This document shows positions 41,963 to 55,093 of a DNA stretch of 64,000 nt, in pieces (position 1 is the stretch's first letter; the number at the start of each line of letters is the position of its first letter). A program made the translations under genes and the position numbers. The DNA comes from Eledone cirrhosa (lineage: Eukaryota). The stretch covers positions 300,638,001 to 300,702,000 of the forward strand of contig OZ024740.1 in the NCBI GenBank assembly GCA_964016885.1. Reading direction: 5' to 3'. Below the pieces are notes generated by a model, which was given only the letters and a program-made list of their open reading frames with translations, searched no databases and was not told the DNA's origin.

Positions 41963-44863
41963 TCAGATATTCAGGACGTATCGGAGGGTTCTTGCTGTTC
42001 CAAGCAAGCATGCCTTTTGAAGCGTTCCAAAAAGCGTGAAGGGGCCGATTTTCTTTAACCATCCCTGGAAACTTTTGGAGATAGTCCCCAGTGCGCCTAT
42101 GACAATCGGGATCACTTTGACTTCATGGCAGTTCCAAATCCTTTTCACCTCCCACTTTAGGTCCTGGTATCGGTTAATTTTCTCCCTCTCCTTCTCTTGC
42201 ACTCTCGTGTCGAACGGGCAGGCCACATCCACAATCAGGCACGATCTTTTTTCTTTGTCCACAACCACCAGGTCAGGTCTATTGTGTTCCAGTTTTTTGT
42301 CCGTCTGTATCCTAAAATCCCACAGCACCTTCACCTGATTGTTCTCCATCACCGCCTCTGGCCTATGCTCATACCATTTCTCAGAATGTGGTAAATTGTT
42401 TACTTTGCACAGGTGCCAGTGTATCACCCTGCCCATCAGATCGTGTCTCCAGCCCTTATAGTGGGTCTGGGCTAGGTGTTTACACTCGGACACAATGTGA
42501 GCCACAGTCTCCTCTCTCTCTCCACAGATCCTGCACAGTGGGCTAGCCTCCTCCTTGTAGATATGGTGCTTCAACCACTTCGTTTTCAGGGCCTGCTCCT
42601 GCGCAGCCATTAGCATTCCTTCTGTAGCCTTTTTGAGGTCTCCTCTTCTCAACCAGTTCCATGTCTGTGGATCTCTAAATTCAGTTTTCTCAAAGAAGGT
42701 ACTATGAAGGGATTTTCCCTTAAGGCTGCTCTTCCTCCTTGATGTTATTTCCTCCTTGGACATCCCCTGGCCTACTGTCCCCTCCTTCAGTACAGTTCTG
42801 AGCATTGGCTCCTTACTATAGGTCACGTATTTGTATAGGTTGTTTTTCTCCATCTGAACACAGTCCTCTATGCTGATAAGACCTCTTCCACCCTCAGATC
42901 TCCTTAGGTAGAGTCTATCGACATCACTCCTCTTGTGGAACATGTTGTAGATAGTCAATAGCTTCCTAGTCTTCCTATCCATTTCTTTTTGTTCAGCAAC
43001 ATTCCATCTCAGAATTCCCGCACTGTACCTAATAATAGACACAGCTCGGGAATTTACTGCGCTTATGGCATTTCTGCTGTTCAGATGTGACTTCAATACG
43101 CTCCTTACTCTCCGAATGTATTCAGTTCTTAACAATTCCTTCATTTTTTTGTTCTTTATGCCATCAGCCTCCAGAACGCCCAAATACTTGTATCCCTCCT
43201 CAGAGTCAATTTCCTTTATCATCTCACCTGTTGGTATCTGGATCCCGTTACTTCTGCTCAACCTACCCCTCTTCATCACAATGACTCCACATTTACCAAT
43301 ACCAAACTGCATACATATATCACTGCTGAAAATACGGACAGTGTCAGCAAGCACATCCAACTCCTTCTCACTTTTCCCGAAGAGCTTAAGATCGTCCATG
43401 AAGAGGAGGTGATTGATGGTAAGCTCTCCCCTTCCCAACTTGTATCCTGCTCTCACTTTTCGCAGCATAATGGTCAAGGGCATCAGGGCAAGGACAAACA
43501 ACAGAGGGGACAGGCTATCTCCCTGGAAGATACCTCTCTTGATCTTCACGCTTCCCAAGGATACTCCAGTTGATGTCAGCTCTGTCTCCCAGGACCCCAT
43601 ACTCCTGCCTAGCAACTGTCTGATGTTATCTGCCACCCTGAAGATCTCCAGGCTTTTGGTGATCCAGGAATGAGGCACCATGTCAAATGCCTTTCTGTAG
43701 TCTATCCATCCCATGGCAAGATCAGTGTGTCTCCTCCTGCAATTCTCCATTACCATCTTATCAATAAGCAACTGGTCCTTTGTACCACGTGACTTCTTTC
43801 GGCATCCTTTCTGTTCGTCCGGTAACAAGTTGTTTGTGTGGAGGTGATGGTAGATTTCCTCAGACACAATGCTCGTCAACAGTTTCCACATTACGGGCAG
43901 ACATGTGACAGGTCTATAGTTGGTAACATCATTACCCTTGATTCGGTCTTTCATTATCAGAACTGTGGTACCTTTTGTCAACCACTCTGGCACCTCACCC
44001 GACACCAAGCAGTCATTGAACATGGCCGTCAGCTTCGGGTGGAGGGATGTTAAATGTTTAATCCAATACCCCTGCACACCATCTGGGCCTGGTGATTTCC
44101 AGTTGGTTAGTTTTTTGGCTTGCCCCTTAAGAGTTTCAACTGTGATACTCAAATCAGTCTGTTGTTGTGCCTGCTCACCGATCTCCCTCTGTACTGTCTC
44201 AATCCACCCTGCCTGGGCATTGTGTCTAACATCCTGCTCCCATATTCCTCTCCAGAATGTTTTAGTTTGTTCCGCCCCAGGGATCAAGTCGTTGCCTCTT
44301 TCTTTCCCCTCAAGCTGTCCAAACAGCATCTTCTGGTTGTTGTCGAACATGCGGTTCTGTTTATACTGACTGACTCTGTTCTCGTATCGCCTGATTTTTG
44401 CACTCTTTGCTACAATGCGTTGCTTCAATTCCTCTATGATAATATTTAGCTTTTTACTCCTAGTTTTGTATTTTATTTCCAGTCTATTTTTAGTGCCTAT
44501 GTTTTTTAGTGTCCCATTCAGTAGTGACTCAAGCTTTCCTATGTCATTTCTCATTTCCCCGATTTGCCCACTCAGTCGCTTCTTCCACCACGGCTCTGCT
44601 CTTTCTTGTCTGTTGTTTCCTCTCGCTTTTATACCAAGTAGTTTCCTCACCGTATTTGCTGTTGCTTTGAGGATATTGTTGCACTGGTGAAGGTTCCTCG
44701 CCTCAAGGTATGGGATGACTTTGTTTACCTTAGCTGTTGTTTCTTTTAACTTTTTCCTGTCTACAAATCTTAGGTTCATAGGTCTCCCACTATCATTGTT
44801 CAATTCATCTACCACTAAATTTAGGATGTCAAACGAATCTTGTCCTAGCCCGACAGCATTCAT
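41963..44863 (-). CDS. Reverse transcriptase + zinc knuckle + restriction-like endonuclease (966 aa)
   Basis: KSPGPDG, NYRPVTCL, WIDYRKAFDMVPH, GIFQGDSLSPLLF, HLLFMDDLKLF, YKYLG, CRICGEREETVAHIVSEC, RHD, RPDLVVVD..IVDVACP..KINRY. Confidence 0.95.
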   Translation of the reverse strand: MNAVGLGQDSFDILNLVVDELNNDSGRPMNLRFVDRKKLKETTAKVNKVIPYLEARNLHQCNNILKATANTVRKLLGIKARGNNRQERAEPWWKKRLSGQIGEMRNDIGKLESLLNGTLKNIGTKNRLEIKYKTRSKKLNIIIEELKQRIVAKSAKIRRYENRVSQYKQNRMFDNNQKMLFGQLEGKERGNDLIPGAEQTKTFWRGIWEQDVRHNAQAGWIETVQREIGEQAQQQTDLSITVETLKGQAKKLTNWKSPGPDGVQGYWIKHLTSLHPKLTAMFNDCLVSGEVPEWLTKGTTVLIMKDRIKGNDVTNYRPVTCLPVMWKLLTSIVSEEIYHHLHTNNLLPDEQKGCRKKSRGTKDQLLIDKMVMENCRRRHTDLAMGWIDYRKAFDMVPHSWITKSLEIFRVADNIRQLLGRSMGSWETELTSTGVSLGSVKIKRGIFQGDSLSPLLFVLALMPLTIMLRKVRAGYKLGRGELTINHLLFMDDLKLFGKSEKELDVLADTVRIFSSDICMQFGIGKCGVIVMKRGRLSRSNGIQIPTGEMIKEIDSEEGYKYLGVLEADGIKNKKMKELLRTEYIRRVRSVLKSHLNSRNAISAVNSRAVSIIRYSAGILRWNVAEQKEMDRKTRKLLTIYNMFHKRSDVDRLYLRRSEGGRGLISIEDCVQMEKNNLYKYVTYSKEPMLRTVLKEGTVGQGMSKEEITSRRKSSLKGKSLHSTFFEKTEFRDPQTWNWLRRGDLKKATEGMLMAAQEQALKTKWLKHHIYKEEASPLCRICGEREETVAHIVSECKHLAQTHYKGWRHDLMGRVIHWHLCKVNNLPHSEKWYEHRPEAVMENNQVKVLWDFRIQTDKKLEHNRPDLVVVDKEKRSCLIVDVACPFDTRVQEKEREKINRYQDLKWEVKRIWNCHEVKVIPIVIGALGTISKSFQGWLKKIGPFTLFGTLQKACLLGTARTLRYVLNI

Positions 44864-44953
44864 CTCCTCAGTGGCCGTATCTCTGTTCCAGGTATTATTT
44901 ATCTCAGTATTCAGATCATTGTCTGCTTCGGGTGGTTCCTCCGTTCTCAGGAC

Positions 44954-45388
44954 CTACTCACCTTCATTTCCCACCGGCTCGCTTGTCTGGCATACTACAC
45001 CCGCCATCTCCAAGCCATTCTCTCTGCTCAGTTCCTCCAGTTCCAGCTCGCTTCTCCACCCATTAGTTCTTATTACCCGAGCCTGCCCGGCCAATTTTTG
45101 TTCATCTAATTTAAATAAACCAATCTCGTTCCAGATGTTATGCATCCGTCTCCTGTAGCCCCTCTCCTTGGGGTTACTTTTCAGGTAGCATTGCATAACA
45201 GTTCTATTCAATTCTTTCGTCCAGTTGGTTCTGGCCCCTTTCCTTCTTCTTCTTCCTCCAACATCAGCAGTATTTGGTTGACAGTCAGGTTCCTGCTGCT
45301 GAGCCAGGGGGCACCTGTTGGGTGAGAGTCTGTCACATGACGTTCTAGTCTCTATTTCACCGTTATTCGAACTGTTTATGTTCGATAT
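44954..45388 (-). pseudogene. N-terminal part of the same reading frame, separated by one TAG
   Basis: In frame with 41963-44863. NWTKELNRTVMQCY..P..RGYRRRM..W..EQKLAGQARVI resembles R4-clade N-termini. Confidence 0.8.
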
Positions 45389-46437
45389 TTAAACACTCTT
45401 ATCGAGGATTGGCGAATGTATAGTTACATAGCCATCTGTGGATCCGCCATCCCACTTGGCCCTTGTGTGGCATTATCACCACGCTGTATACGAACACACA
45501 TAAACAAACAAACACACGGGCAGAAAGGGCCCCAAAAATGAATAAGCATAAGTTTCATTGTAATGTAGTGTTCGAATGTCTGACTTAGTTTTTGTTTTTT
45601 AAGTTTTACTTTTTCCCCCCTCTTCTCTGTCCGTCCGCCTGCTTCTGTCTTCATTCTTATTTTCTTTACGTTTTTGGGGTTTCTTTTTTTGTTTTTGTTT
45701 TTCTCTGTTTGTTTTTCTCGTTTTTGCTGTTGTTGCTGTGCTGCTTTGGTTTTGTTGTTTGTTTTTTCTTTTTTCTTTTGAGTCTATCTATATATTTTGA
45801 TGCCTTCCTCTTTGTTAGTAGTAGGAATTCTATAATGTGGAAGTAGCAGCCAGCAGGGAGGAGAGGGAGACTGGCGGCGGTAGCGATACTGAGACAGTGG
45901 TGGTGGTGATGTCGATACCGTGGCAGTGGTGGCGGTGATGTGACCGTATTACTGTAGTGATGGTGCTGTAGCGGTGGCAGCAGTGAAGGAGTGAAGGGGT
46001 GGTGGCGGCGGTGATGGGATAGTGGTGGTAATGATGGCCGTAGTGAGCGGTGGCGGTGAAGGTGAAAGTGTCGTTATCTGGCTGTTGTGTTTAGTGTACA
46101 CAGATGATGGGGTGGGTGGTGTATCTAGTTTCTGGTGTTGGTGAGTTTAGCTGTCCTATATAGTGTAGCCAGAGGAGAGGAGGGGGGGGGGGGGGGGGTT
46201 TCTTCTTCTTCCATTTATAGCCATTTTCTTTTTTGGATATACAGTGTACAATACAAAGTTGAATATTTGAATATTTGAGCCTTATAACAATATATTTTGG
46301 GTCCGAATTTTTTGGGGCTCAATCCGGGTGCTTTACGTAGCATTTGTACTAAGAGTTGTTATTTCACAAATGATTTAAATATGTAAAAATTCAAAACTTA
46401 CGGGAGCGATTTCATGACCTCCGTCACCTCGTGCGTC

Positions 46438-46480
<43 letters not shown>

Positions 46481-46660
46481 GGCAGAATCGGTAGAGGTTC
46501 GGACGCCATGCTTTGCAGCATACAGTTACGGCTCTTGTCATTCTGAGTTCAAATCCCGCCGAGGTTAACTTTGCCTTTCACCCTTACGGGGTCGATAAAA
46601 TAATGTACCAGTAATGCACTGCGTATTTGCTGGCCTTGTGCCAAAAGTAGAAACAATTAT
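46481..46660 (+). mobile_element. OK-like SINE
   Basis: gagttcaaatcc B box, shared body and (TTA)n tail. Confidence 0.88.
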
Positions 46661-46680
46661 TATTATTATTATTATTAGTT

Positions 46681-46726
<46 letters not shown>

Positions 46727-46868
46727 CAGCAGTAGTAGAAGGAGCAGTAGAAGTAGTAGTAGTAGTAGTAGTAGGTAGCAGCAGCAACAGCAGCAGCAGT
46801 AGTAGTAGTAGTAGTACTAGTACACGTTAAAGTTTAAGCAATTAATTTATCTATCTATCCATCGATAT

Positions 46869-46963
<95 letters not shown>

Positions 46964-47199
46964 AATAGATAAGTTTCTATTTATTTGCCACGAGGGCACA
47001 AAAGAAGGGGACAAATACAAGGGGGCGCGGGAGTTTACATAAAGGAACGAGTAAAAAAATAAATAAATATAAAATTAACAATACAGTCCTCAATAGGGAG
47101 GAGGCGTTTTGGGGGTTACTCACACACCCGAAAAAGTGTGCAACCCTTTTCCTTAGGAACACAAAGAGGGGGTGCTCCTTTGAACTTCCACCTTTCTAC

Positions 47200-50100
47200 C
47201 TACAGGCTGATAAAGAGAGAAGGCCCATTCACACGGGCCATTCTCGCTACTTTCACCCACCTTTCATAAAACTTGTCGGGGTAGAGCGCATCTCTCTCCA
47301 TTCTGATCCTTCAATTAAAATGGTATTTAAAGAAAAGGACCAGTTGTTGCCCGGAGAGAAAGGTGTCCGACCTCAGCCCTTTCAAACGTGTCCACCATAC
47401 CACCTCTTTCACCATGGCTATTACACAGAGGAAGACCGCCTCTCCTTCATTTTTAGAGGGGGGGGCGGCTTGATCGTTACAATGGACTCGGTGGTCAACC
47501 GGATTGGTCCCACCCGTGACAGCAGTCGTTCGACATAGCCCCACAGATCGGCAACGCCCGAGCAGTGTACCAATGCGTGCGCAACGGTTTCCCCGTCGCG
47601 CACGAATGTGGGACAGTTCTTTTTCGAGGGGCCCCTACCCGGGCGCCCGTGTCTGTAGAGCTTTTCTCGAACGGGCAGCGCCCCTCAGTAGCACTGCCAG
47701 GCCAGGCACCCCTGGAAGTTGTCCAAAGGTCCCGAGCCAAATGTCCTCCCGCATAGGCTGGCCAATCCGTCTTCTTCCACGCCTAAGGCTTGTCCGAGGG
47801 AGTCGTCGCACCTACTAACCACCAGCCCTCTATAGAATGACGAGGTGGAGTCTCCACCGATAGCCGGTTCCGCCTGCCAGAGAGCCGTGATCGCTTGGAC
47901 ACACTCGGTGTGCCAGACGCCCAGTTTTCTCGGTCTTTGCTTGACCCAGGACTGCAGCTCGGTGAGCGAGACGAGCCTCGGAAAGGCCCGCCTCACAAAC
48001 TGGGACCACCTAGTTGATCGGTGAGGAATATCTGGATGTGCCGTAGCCTTAATGCGTGTTTACGCATCAGCAGCCACTACATCCCCAGCCTTCCTTTCGA
48101 AGGGTGTTGACAGCCGATGGATCTCCGCACCAAAAGAGCCGGCTTCTTCCAAAGGAATTGGAAGAGTGCGCCCTCCATTTTGGTGAGCGTTTCGCTTGGG
48201 TAAGGCACGATGGTCAGGCGGTAATAGATGACGGACGATATATAAGCGTTCGCCACCTAAGCCCCACCTTTGAAGGATAGTTTGCAGTCAGACCACTTCT
48301 GCGTCAGCGCAAACACTCTGTTCGATACCTCACCCTAGTTCTTCTCCATCTGGAGGTCTCGAGCAACTTCACCAGGCCCTCCATCCAACATCCGACGACG
48401 CCATTGGAGGCCATCGGTTTGCCCCTCCACTCGCCGAGTTGCAAACCGACTGACTTGTCCCGAATCAGCTTAGCCCCAGTAAACTTTTTCGTATTACTCC
48501 ACTAAGGTGTCGATCACCCCGATTTCGAGGCGGTTGACACCATTACTGTCACGTCATCGGCGTAGGCCGACACCGCTCTCCGCAATCGTGGTTCCAAAGG
48601 GATGTCCTGCCACAACTCCAACTTGCGCAGCAGTGGCTCTAGGGCCAATACATACAGAAGGGAGGAGAGAGGGCATCCCTGTCGGATGGACCGCGTGATT
48701 TCGAACGGCTCCGAAAGGTAGCCGTTCACCTTGACCCTGGATCAGATGCGGCTGCAGTGCATGGCAGTAATCCAGCCCCTGAAAACGGGTCCGAAACCTG
48801 CCGCCTCTAGCACTGAATCCAGGTAACGATGGTCGACCCTATCAAACGCCTTAGATTGATCCAAGTTGATCAGGGCCCCACCAAAGCCGGGTTAGTTCCC
48901 AACTGCTCTATGATGTATCGCATGAGATAGACGTTCTCGTGAATGGACCTGGACGGGATGGCGCATGTCTGCGCATCTCCACCAGGTTACCCACGACAAG
49001 CGCCAACTTCTTTGCTAACACCTTGGCCAACATCTTTAACTCTGCATTTAGCAGAGTTATGGGCCTAAAATTACTTATTTTATCCGCCTTGTTCTCGTCC
49101 TTGCTCACTAGCGAGACTACGCCCTTGGTCACAGAACAGGGAATTCTCCCGTTCTGTTGCCAGTTGCAGTAGACCGCCTCGAGGAGATCGAAGATCAAGT
49201 CCGGCATACTTAAATACAGTTCGTATGGAAGACCATCGAGGCCCGGAGATTTGCGTCAGCCGCAATGGCTCAGCACGTCCACTATTTCAGCAGCTGAGGT
49301 CGGCCTCTCGCAGGACTTCGCCTCCTCGTCCGAAAGACGCGGTAGGCCGTCGAGGTATGGACCGAGGTCCACATCCCCATCCGGCCCCTCGCCCCTTCCG
49401 AACAATCGGGAAAAGCGCACATCTGCTTAGGTTCAAGGATCACCCGTCCATCCTGGTCTCGCAAAGACCGGATAATGGATCTAATCCCACTTATGGCTTC
49501 TGTCACGCGGGCCCAGCTAACAGCTATGGTCCCTCGTTTCCCAGAGCACGTATTTTGCTCCGGACAACGCAGCCTTCGTGTTTCGTGTCGAAGAACTGGC
49601 TCAATGCCGTTCTCGACGCTAGCACTCTGGCTACGTCGCCGCTTCTAATTGCCTCTTCTACACTATCTACCAACTCCCTTTCCCTTCTATTTCTATCTGA
49701 GGCTAACTCCTTACTAACTCCTATTGAAGCTACTCTAATATCTCTTTTGAGAGAGCCCCACTACCTGCTTTTGACGATGGCGCCCGTCAACCGCTACTTA
49801 ACTAAAATACTAATCCGGTCCCTGTAAGCTTTACTTGCCGGTAAGGACAAGTTGAGCTTCCATTAACCGGGACTCTGTCTATGCGTTCTATCACGGCTGA
49901 CCATAGAGGTCACTAACTTGTGGTCTGAATAGCCAACCATGAGCATTTCTGGACAACTTAAAAAGTCCCTATCATTATTTCCAACTAAGAACATATCTAG
50001 GTACGATCTAGATTGACCGCTGAGGTTTGTCCAAGTCCAGATTGGCACTGTCAGAAAATCTAGTCGATATCTATCGGCCGGGTTGAATCGGCCGATTAAC

Positions 50101-50600
50101 CCCTTGAGGCTGTTACAACCCCCTCTATCAGGACATGCCCCTACATAGTCCCAACGTGCATCTAGGATACCATTCCAGTCCCCCACTAAAAGTAAGGAGC
50201 GGGACGTCCCTAGAAAAGTCTCCAGACGTTGGAAGAAGTCCGGCCGCGTTGACCGCAATTTGGGCGTAGACGGAGACCAGCTTAAAGGCTCCGCCTCCAC
50301 CACTGCCAATGTCTAAAACCACCAGTGGACCCTGTGCGGCGAGACCCAGATGTTTTTGCAGCAGAACGACAACCCCACTCCCACCTCCGGGCTGACAAAG
50401 AAACGTGTGCATGTCAAAGTCGTCAAAGGTGGGGGCTAGCTGGCGCCCGCTGCTGGTCCGGGCCTCGCAAATGACCATCACATTTATACAGCGTGACCTA
50501 AGGTCATTTAACAGTTTTGCTTGCTTCCAATATGAGCCAGGCCACGCGCATTTAGCCAAGCCACTCACAATACAGCAATGTTGGTGGTTAAGAGAAAAAG
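47200..50600 (-). pseudogene. ORF2: APE endonuclease + RT + C-terminal Cys/His motif, frameshifted
   Basis: LVSVYA, LLVGDWN, SYLDMFLV, SDHKLV, NFRPITLLNAELK, IRQGCPLSSLLYVLALEPLL, AYADDVTV, ETVAHALVHC. Confidence 0.92.
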
Positions 50601-52590
50601 GAGGCACCTACCTCTTTGCGTCCCGGGGACCAGGCTGCACATTTTCCATGGGGTGGGGAGGGGTTGTGGGGTGGGGTCGTGGTTTGTGGTAGTGTGGGGA
50701 CATCAGAGTGTGGTGGGGTTGGGGTGTTTGGTGTGGTGTGGGTGATTGGGGTGGGGGTGATTAAAGTTTTCAAGAGGACCTGATTCATTGGTGTTACATA
50801 GGGGGGGGGGGGGGGGCACGTCCTCAAGAAAATTGTCTTTTAGTTCTATATAAATGTCTATCGGAGTTTTAATCATTTTTAGAGAGGGGTTCTCTATGGC
50901 CCTCTTGAAATTTGGCCCTTCGGTTTGCACCTAAGGGCTTTCTTAAATTTGTTTTACAAGTTTTATATTTTTTGTATTGAAGTATATGTATAGCTGTGTC
51001 TGTGTAATTTTTGTTGGTTTTTGTTCTGTATTGTTTTTACTTTTGTTTTGGGGAGGGGTTATTTTCCTTTGTGTGGGTCTGGTGTGTTTTCTTTTTTTTT
51101 CGCTTTATTTTTTGGGAGGGTTCCCCCTCGTCGTTAAGGGATCCTCTTCCATGTTGGAGGGGAAGGGGTATATTTTGGGGTTTTGTTATGCATGTGGTTG
51201 TAGTTGTTTTAGGTGGGGAGTGGTTGGGTGGGACCGTGTTCAGTTTTTTGTTGACTATTTGTGTGTGTTGTTTTTGGAGTGGTGGTGGTGGTGGTGATTG
51301 TGATTTTTGTTTGTGGAGTTGTTATGGGTGTGGAGGGGTTGGATGGGTCCATGTTCAGTCTTTTGTTGACTTGTGTTTGTTGTTGTGGTTGTTGTTGTGG
51401 TGGTGGTGGTGTTGTTGTTTTTGGAGGTGTTGGCAGTAAGGGTCTTTTAGTTTGTTGAAGACAGGCAGCCCTCAGGTGACCGCTGCCTCCACATAGGTAG
51501 CAAGCTGGCCACCTACCCTCAACTGCAATGTTCATAAATTGGGAGCCTTCCAGGGACACTCTTTGTGGTATCTTTGCGATACGTTCTGGTTTTATTCGAA
51601 CCAGAACCTGTATGCCTATACTGCCAAAGTGGCCCCTGGTGGCTTTGCCTATATCAAGGAGTTCATCTTCGTCGTCCAGTATCCCTCCTAGTATCCACCA
51701 CATATTTGTATTTGGCTGTATACCGGAGATTGTTATTTTTTTAGTTTTCTTCCCCATGTAGGTGGGGAAGAATGTGTACTGTTTGGACACAAGTGGCGAC
51801 ACCGAGTATTTTTAGGCCACCAATTGGTCCTTCATCAAAATTATCAGACTCCCATATAACTTCCCTCTCTCAATAAAAATCATGTCCTTCAACGCGTCTT
51901 TTAACACCAGCTCAATTTCGCTATGGGATAATTGAGCCGTTTTTTTCGGCGCATTTGATATAGTTCTAAAATTAATTGTCATTAGGACCGTGTCTCCTTT
52001 AATATTCTCAGGGGAGATTATGGTGAATTCACCGTTTTCACCAAAGCTCATCTGTTTTCTCCCCTCTTTTATTAATTCTGCTGCATTACTGATGTCAACT
52101 GGGGTGAAAGTTTCGGTCTCCTTAACGACCTGGGCAAAGGATATTCGTGTAGTGGGGGTCTATTTTGTGTGTTTCGTTGCTGTTGTTCTTGTTTTGTTGG
52201 GTGTTTACGTTTTCGTTGTCGTTTGCGGTACAGTTTTTTTGGGTTTTCACCCATTTTTTGGGGTTTTGGGTTCACATTTATGTTGTTTTCTTTGTCATTG
52301 TTGCTGCTGTTTTCGCTTTTGTGTGTGTTTGTGTTATTTTCTTTGTTATTTGTGTTGGTGTTGTTGGTGTCAGTGTTGGTGTTGTTGGTGTCAGTGTAAT
52401 TTATACTTTCTTTCAATTTGGTGTTTCCATTGTTTGGGTTATTACACAAGTTTTTAGAATAATTCGCCAAACCACTTCCATACTCGCATGCGAAAGCGAG
52501 AGAAGGGAAGCTTCAGTAGGTTGAGTTACTTGTTGCTCTTTATCACTTTCCGTGGGGCGGTGGCAGTTGTGTTTTCATGTATGGTGTCCA
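50590..52590 (-). pseudogene. ORF1: gag-like with CCHC zinc knuckle, disrupted
   Basis: CYLCGGSGHLRAAC in the 51209-51802 frame, with low-complexity N/T/P-rich flanks. Confidence 0.8.
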
Positions 52591-53199
52591 TTATTGTAAG
52601 TTGGTATACACATTTTCAAAGTAGTTTTTCACCCCCAAAAAGGGGTAAAAATAAAATAACCACCCATCTGCAAGTTCAGGCGGGAGGTTAGGTCACACAA
52701 ATAAAGCAAATGAAAAACAAACTCACAGTCAAAAACGTAATACAAATCCAAAAATCTGCAGCCAAAGTAACACACGTCTACTATCAGCGATAGATAGATA
52801 GATAAATAGATAGGTAGATAGATAATTAGTTACAACAGTGATATATACAGGCACTTAATTTTCCAACTCTTTCAGCCTGTTATAGAAACAAAGTTAGCTG
52901 CATCCCCAGATGTTTTTGATTTTTTAGAAAACAACGGAGAGCTCTTCAAGGAGAGATAATTTTGGAATTAGCTTTGAATAGGAAAATATTTAGATAATGC
53001 AGAAGGTGGTAATTATGAAAAAAAACTATAAAGCGGGGCAACCTTCATTGTGCAAAGTTTGGAATAGGAAGAAAATAAATTCAGGTAATCCGTTCTATAT
53101 CATTTTTTCGGAACAAATTTTGCTTCGCGTGGACAGCACTAAAACAGAGGAACAAGGATTTAAGCAATGCTTCATTGAAGCAAGTTGCAAGAATATATT

Positions 53200-53690
53200 A
53201 GAATTGTTTTAGTTACACACTTCGCAAAATTTTGCCCTGTTAACATAGGTGGTGTATTTTTCTAATATAGTCAATTTAATGTAGAACGCTTTGACGTTGT
53301 TTCTTAGGTTCCATATAAGTTTCGCGAACTGAGTTACATGATTTGGTTAGGATGACTGAAGTTTGTTTGTGGTTCAGGCACCGGCTTTTGAAGTGGCCCT
53401 TAGATATTCCGAAATAAGACAAGGTTTCAGTTTAGTGGTTCTGGTTGGTAATGGTCAGTTCTTGATATATCACCGCTGGAGTGTTGCACTGCTGATCTAG
53501 TCGGCATGTCTCTAGTCTTCTGCATGAATATCCGTAAGGTGGATGGATTTTGTGTTTGATGGTTATGTGGCATTTTATGTAACTGTTAAAAGAGTAGCCT
53601 ACTTTCACTGTATGGTGATTGAATATACTCTCGCAAATGGCTTCAGAGAAACAGAAGACATATCTATTGAGGTAGCCATCTTGTAACATT
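53200..53690 (-). pseudogene. Decayed PLE GIY-YIG region
   Basis: IFNHHTVKVGYS..SCRRLETCRLDQQC..AVIYQ, YFGISKGHFKSR..NH, LIWNL..FCEVC. Confidence 0.8.
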
Positions 53691-54039
53691 TATGTAACAG
53701 TTTGAATAAGCTGGAGTGTACAACCCAACAACATTTTAGTATCTGCGTGTGTCACTACTGTAACTAATCATTATGAACTCACCTTATGGCCTGAATACTC
53801 CTACACATGGATATTTCTACCAAACGTATACTACTTTATATATATATATCTATAACCAACCAAAGAAAAGCCTTCGTGAGCCTCCTTTTTTCAAGTAAAA
53901 GAAAATTCAAACACTCATATATGAAAAAACAACCTGTGACAACCCCCACCTCTTATTTGAAGAACTATTGTAACGCGAACTGGCGCGAAATTTATTATAA
54001 TTATTGACAAACCTGGCATTTCGAGCCACTTTTTCCATA

Positions 54040-54276
54040 TAAAACAAGTAACATTCAGAGACCAACCAGATGTGAGAAAAACCACAGACCCTCCATCTCA
54101 ACTCACCTTTTGAAAAGTAGAAGAACTGCGAAACCGGTAAGGGAACCAAATAAATATATATATTTTTAATAAAAATAAGACTCCTGTTGCATTTTCGATT
54201 TCATCTCTTTTTCTTTATACTTTCACTCGTGTAGGACACCTCGGTTATTTTTCATTTTGTAAAAAAAACTTCACTT

Positions 54277-54283
<7 letters not shown>
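54040..54283 (+). repeat. pLTR-like repeat related to 58706-59000
   Basis: Shared blocks agaactgcga, gttgcattttcgattt and ttatactttcac.cgtgtagg. Contains GAAA-ccgg-TA, the 3' half of a hammerhead. Confidence 0.65.
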
Positions 54284-54343
<60 letters not shown>

Positions 54344-54913
54344 ATATATATATATGAATGATTTTTCAAATCCACATTCAATAAAAACACCAGGATTTTT
54401 TTCATTCTGACGACTGAAAGCAAATTTGTTTGCTTTCAAGAAACCACTAGTAAATGAAATAATTATCTCATGTTGTTTATTACATAACTTAACATATATA
54501 TATATACATGTGCTATATGATTAAGAACTTACACTTTCAATGCAGAATAGCGAGTTTAAATTCTTGGCACGGAGTTTATTCTGTTTTAATACTAAGCTAC
54601 CACAATATTGCTTCAGCCAATATCTTCGACGAAACATTCCTGCTTTATAAGGACTTCTATCTATCTCCAAAATATGCAACATTTTATAGAGTTATATATC
54701 TAAACGCATACAGAAATAGATACTAGATTAAATGATGCAAACCAAATAGAAAGTTGAATAGTAAAGTCAAATATAGTCTTTAAATGTAAAGCAATCATTG
54801 ATGTTTTTATAGAATTGTATTTACATAAATTACTCAAATGTGACTTTTTCACGAACACTTACATGATAATAAATTATTCTACCTCGCATATATACACACA
54901 TACACCACCCATG

Positions 54914-54983
<70 letters not shown>

Positions 54984-55013
54984 TGGGTGGTATATGTGTG
55001 TATTTATATATAT

Positions 55014-55093
<80 letters not shown>

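Larger units (their letters stand above)
41889..46437 (-). mobile_element. R4/Dong-like non-LTR retrotransposon in (TAA)n
   Basis: RT-CCHC-RLE ORF with (TTA)n on both flanks (41848-41888 and 46438-46480). The 5' boundary is inferred from the flank. Confidence 0.8.
46974..52788 (-). mobile_element. Full-length decayed Tx1/L1-clade LINE
   Basis: ORF1 and ORF2 remnants. The 3' end matches 31855 and 32556; the 5' end abuts (GATA)n. Confidence 0.88.

Noticed and set aside
42036-45325. Several plus-strand ORFs of 60-150 aa
   Set aside because: Antisense shadows of the RT-RLE ORF.
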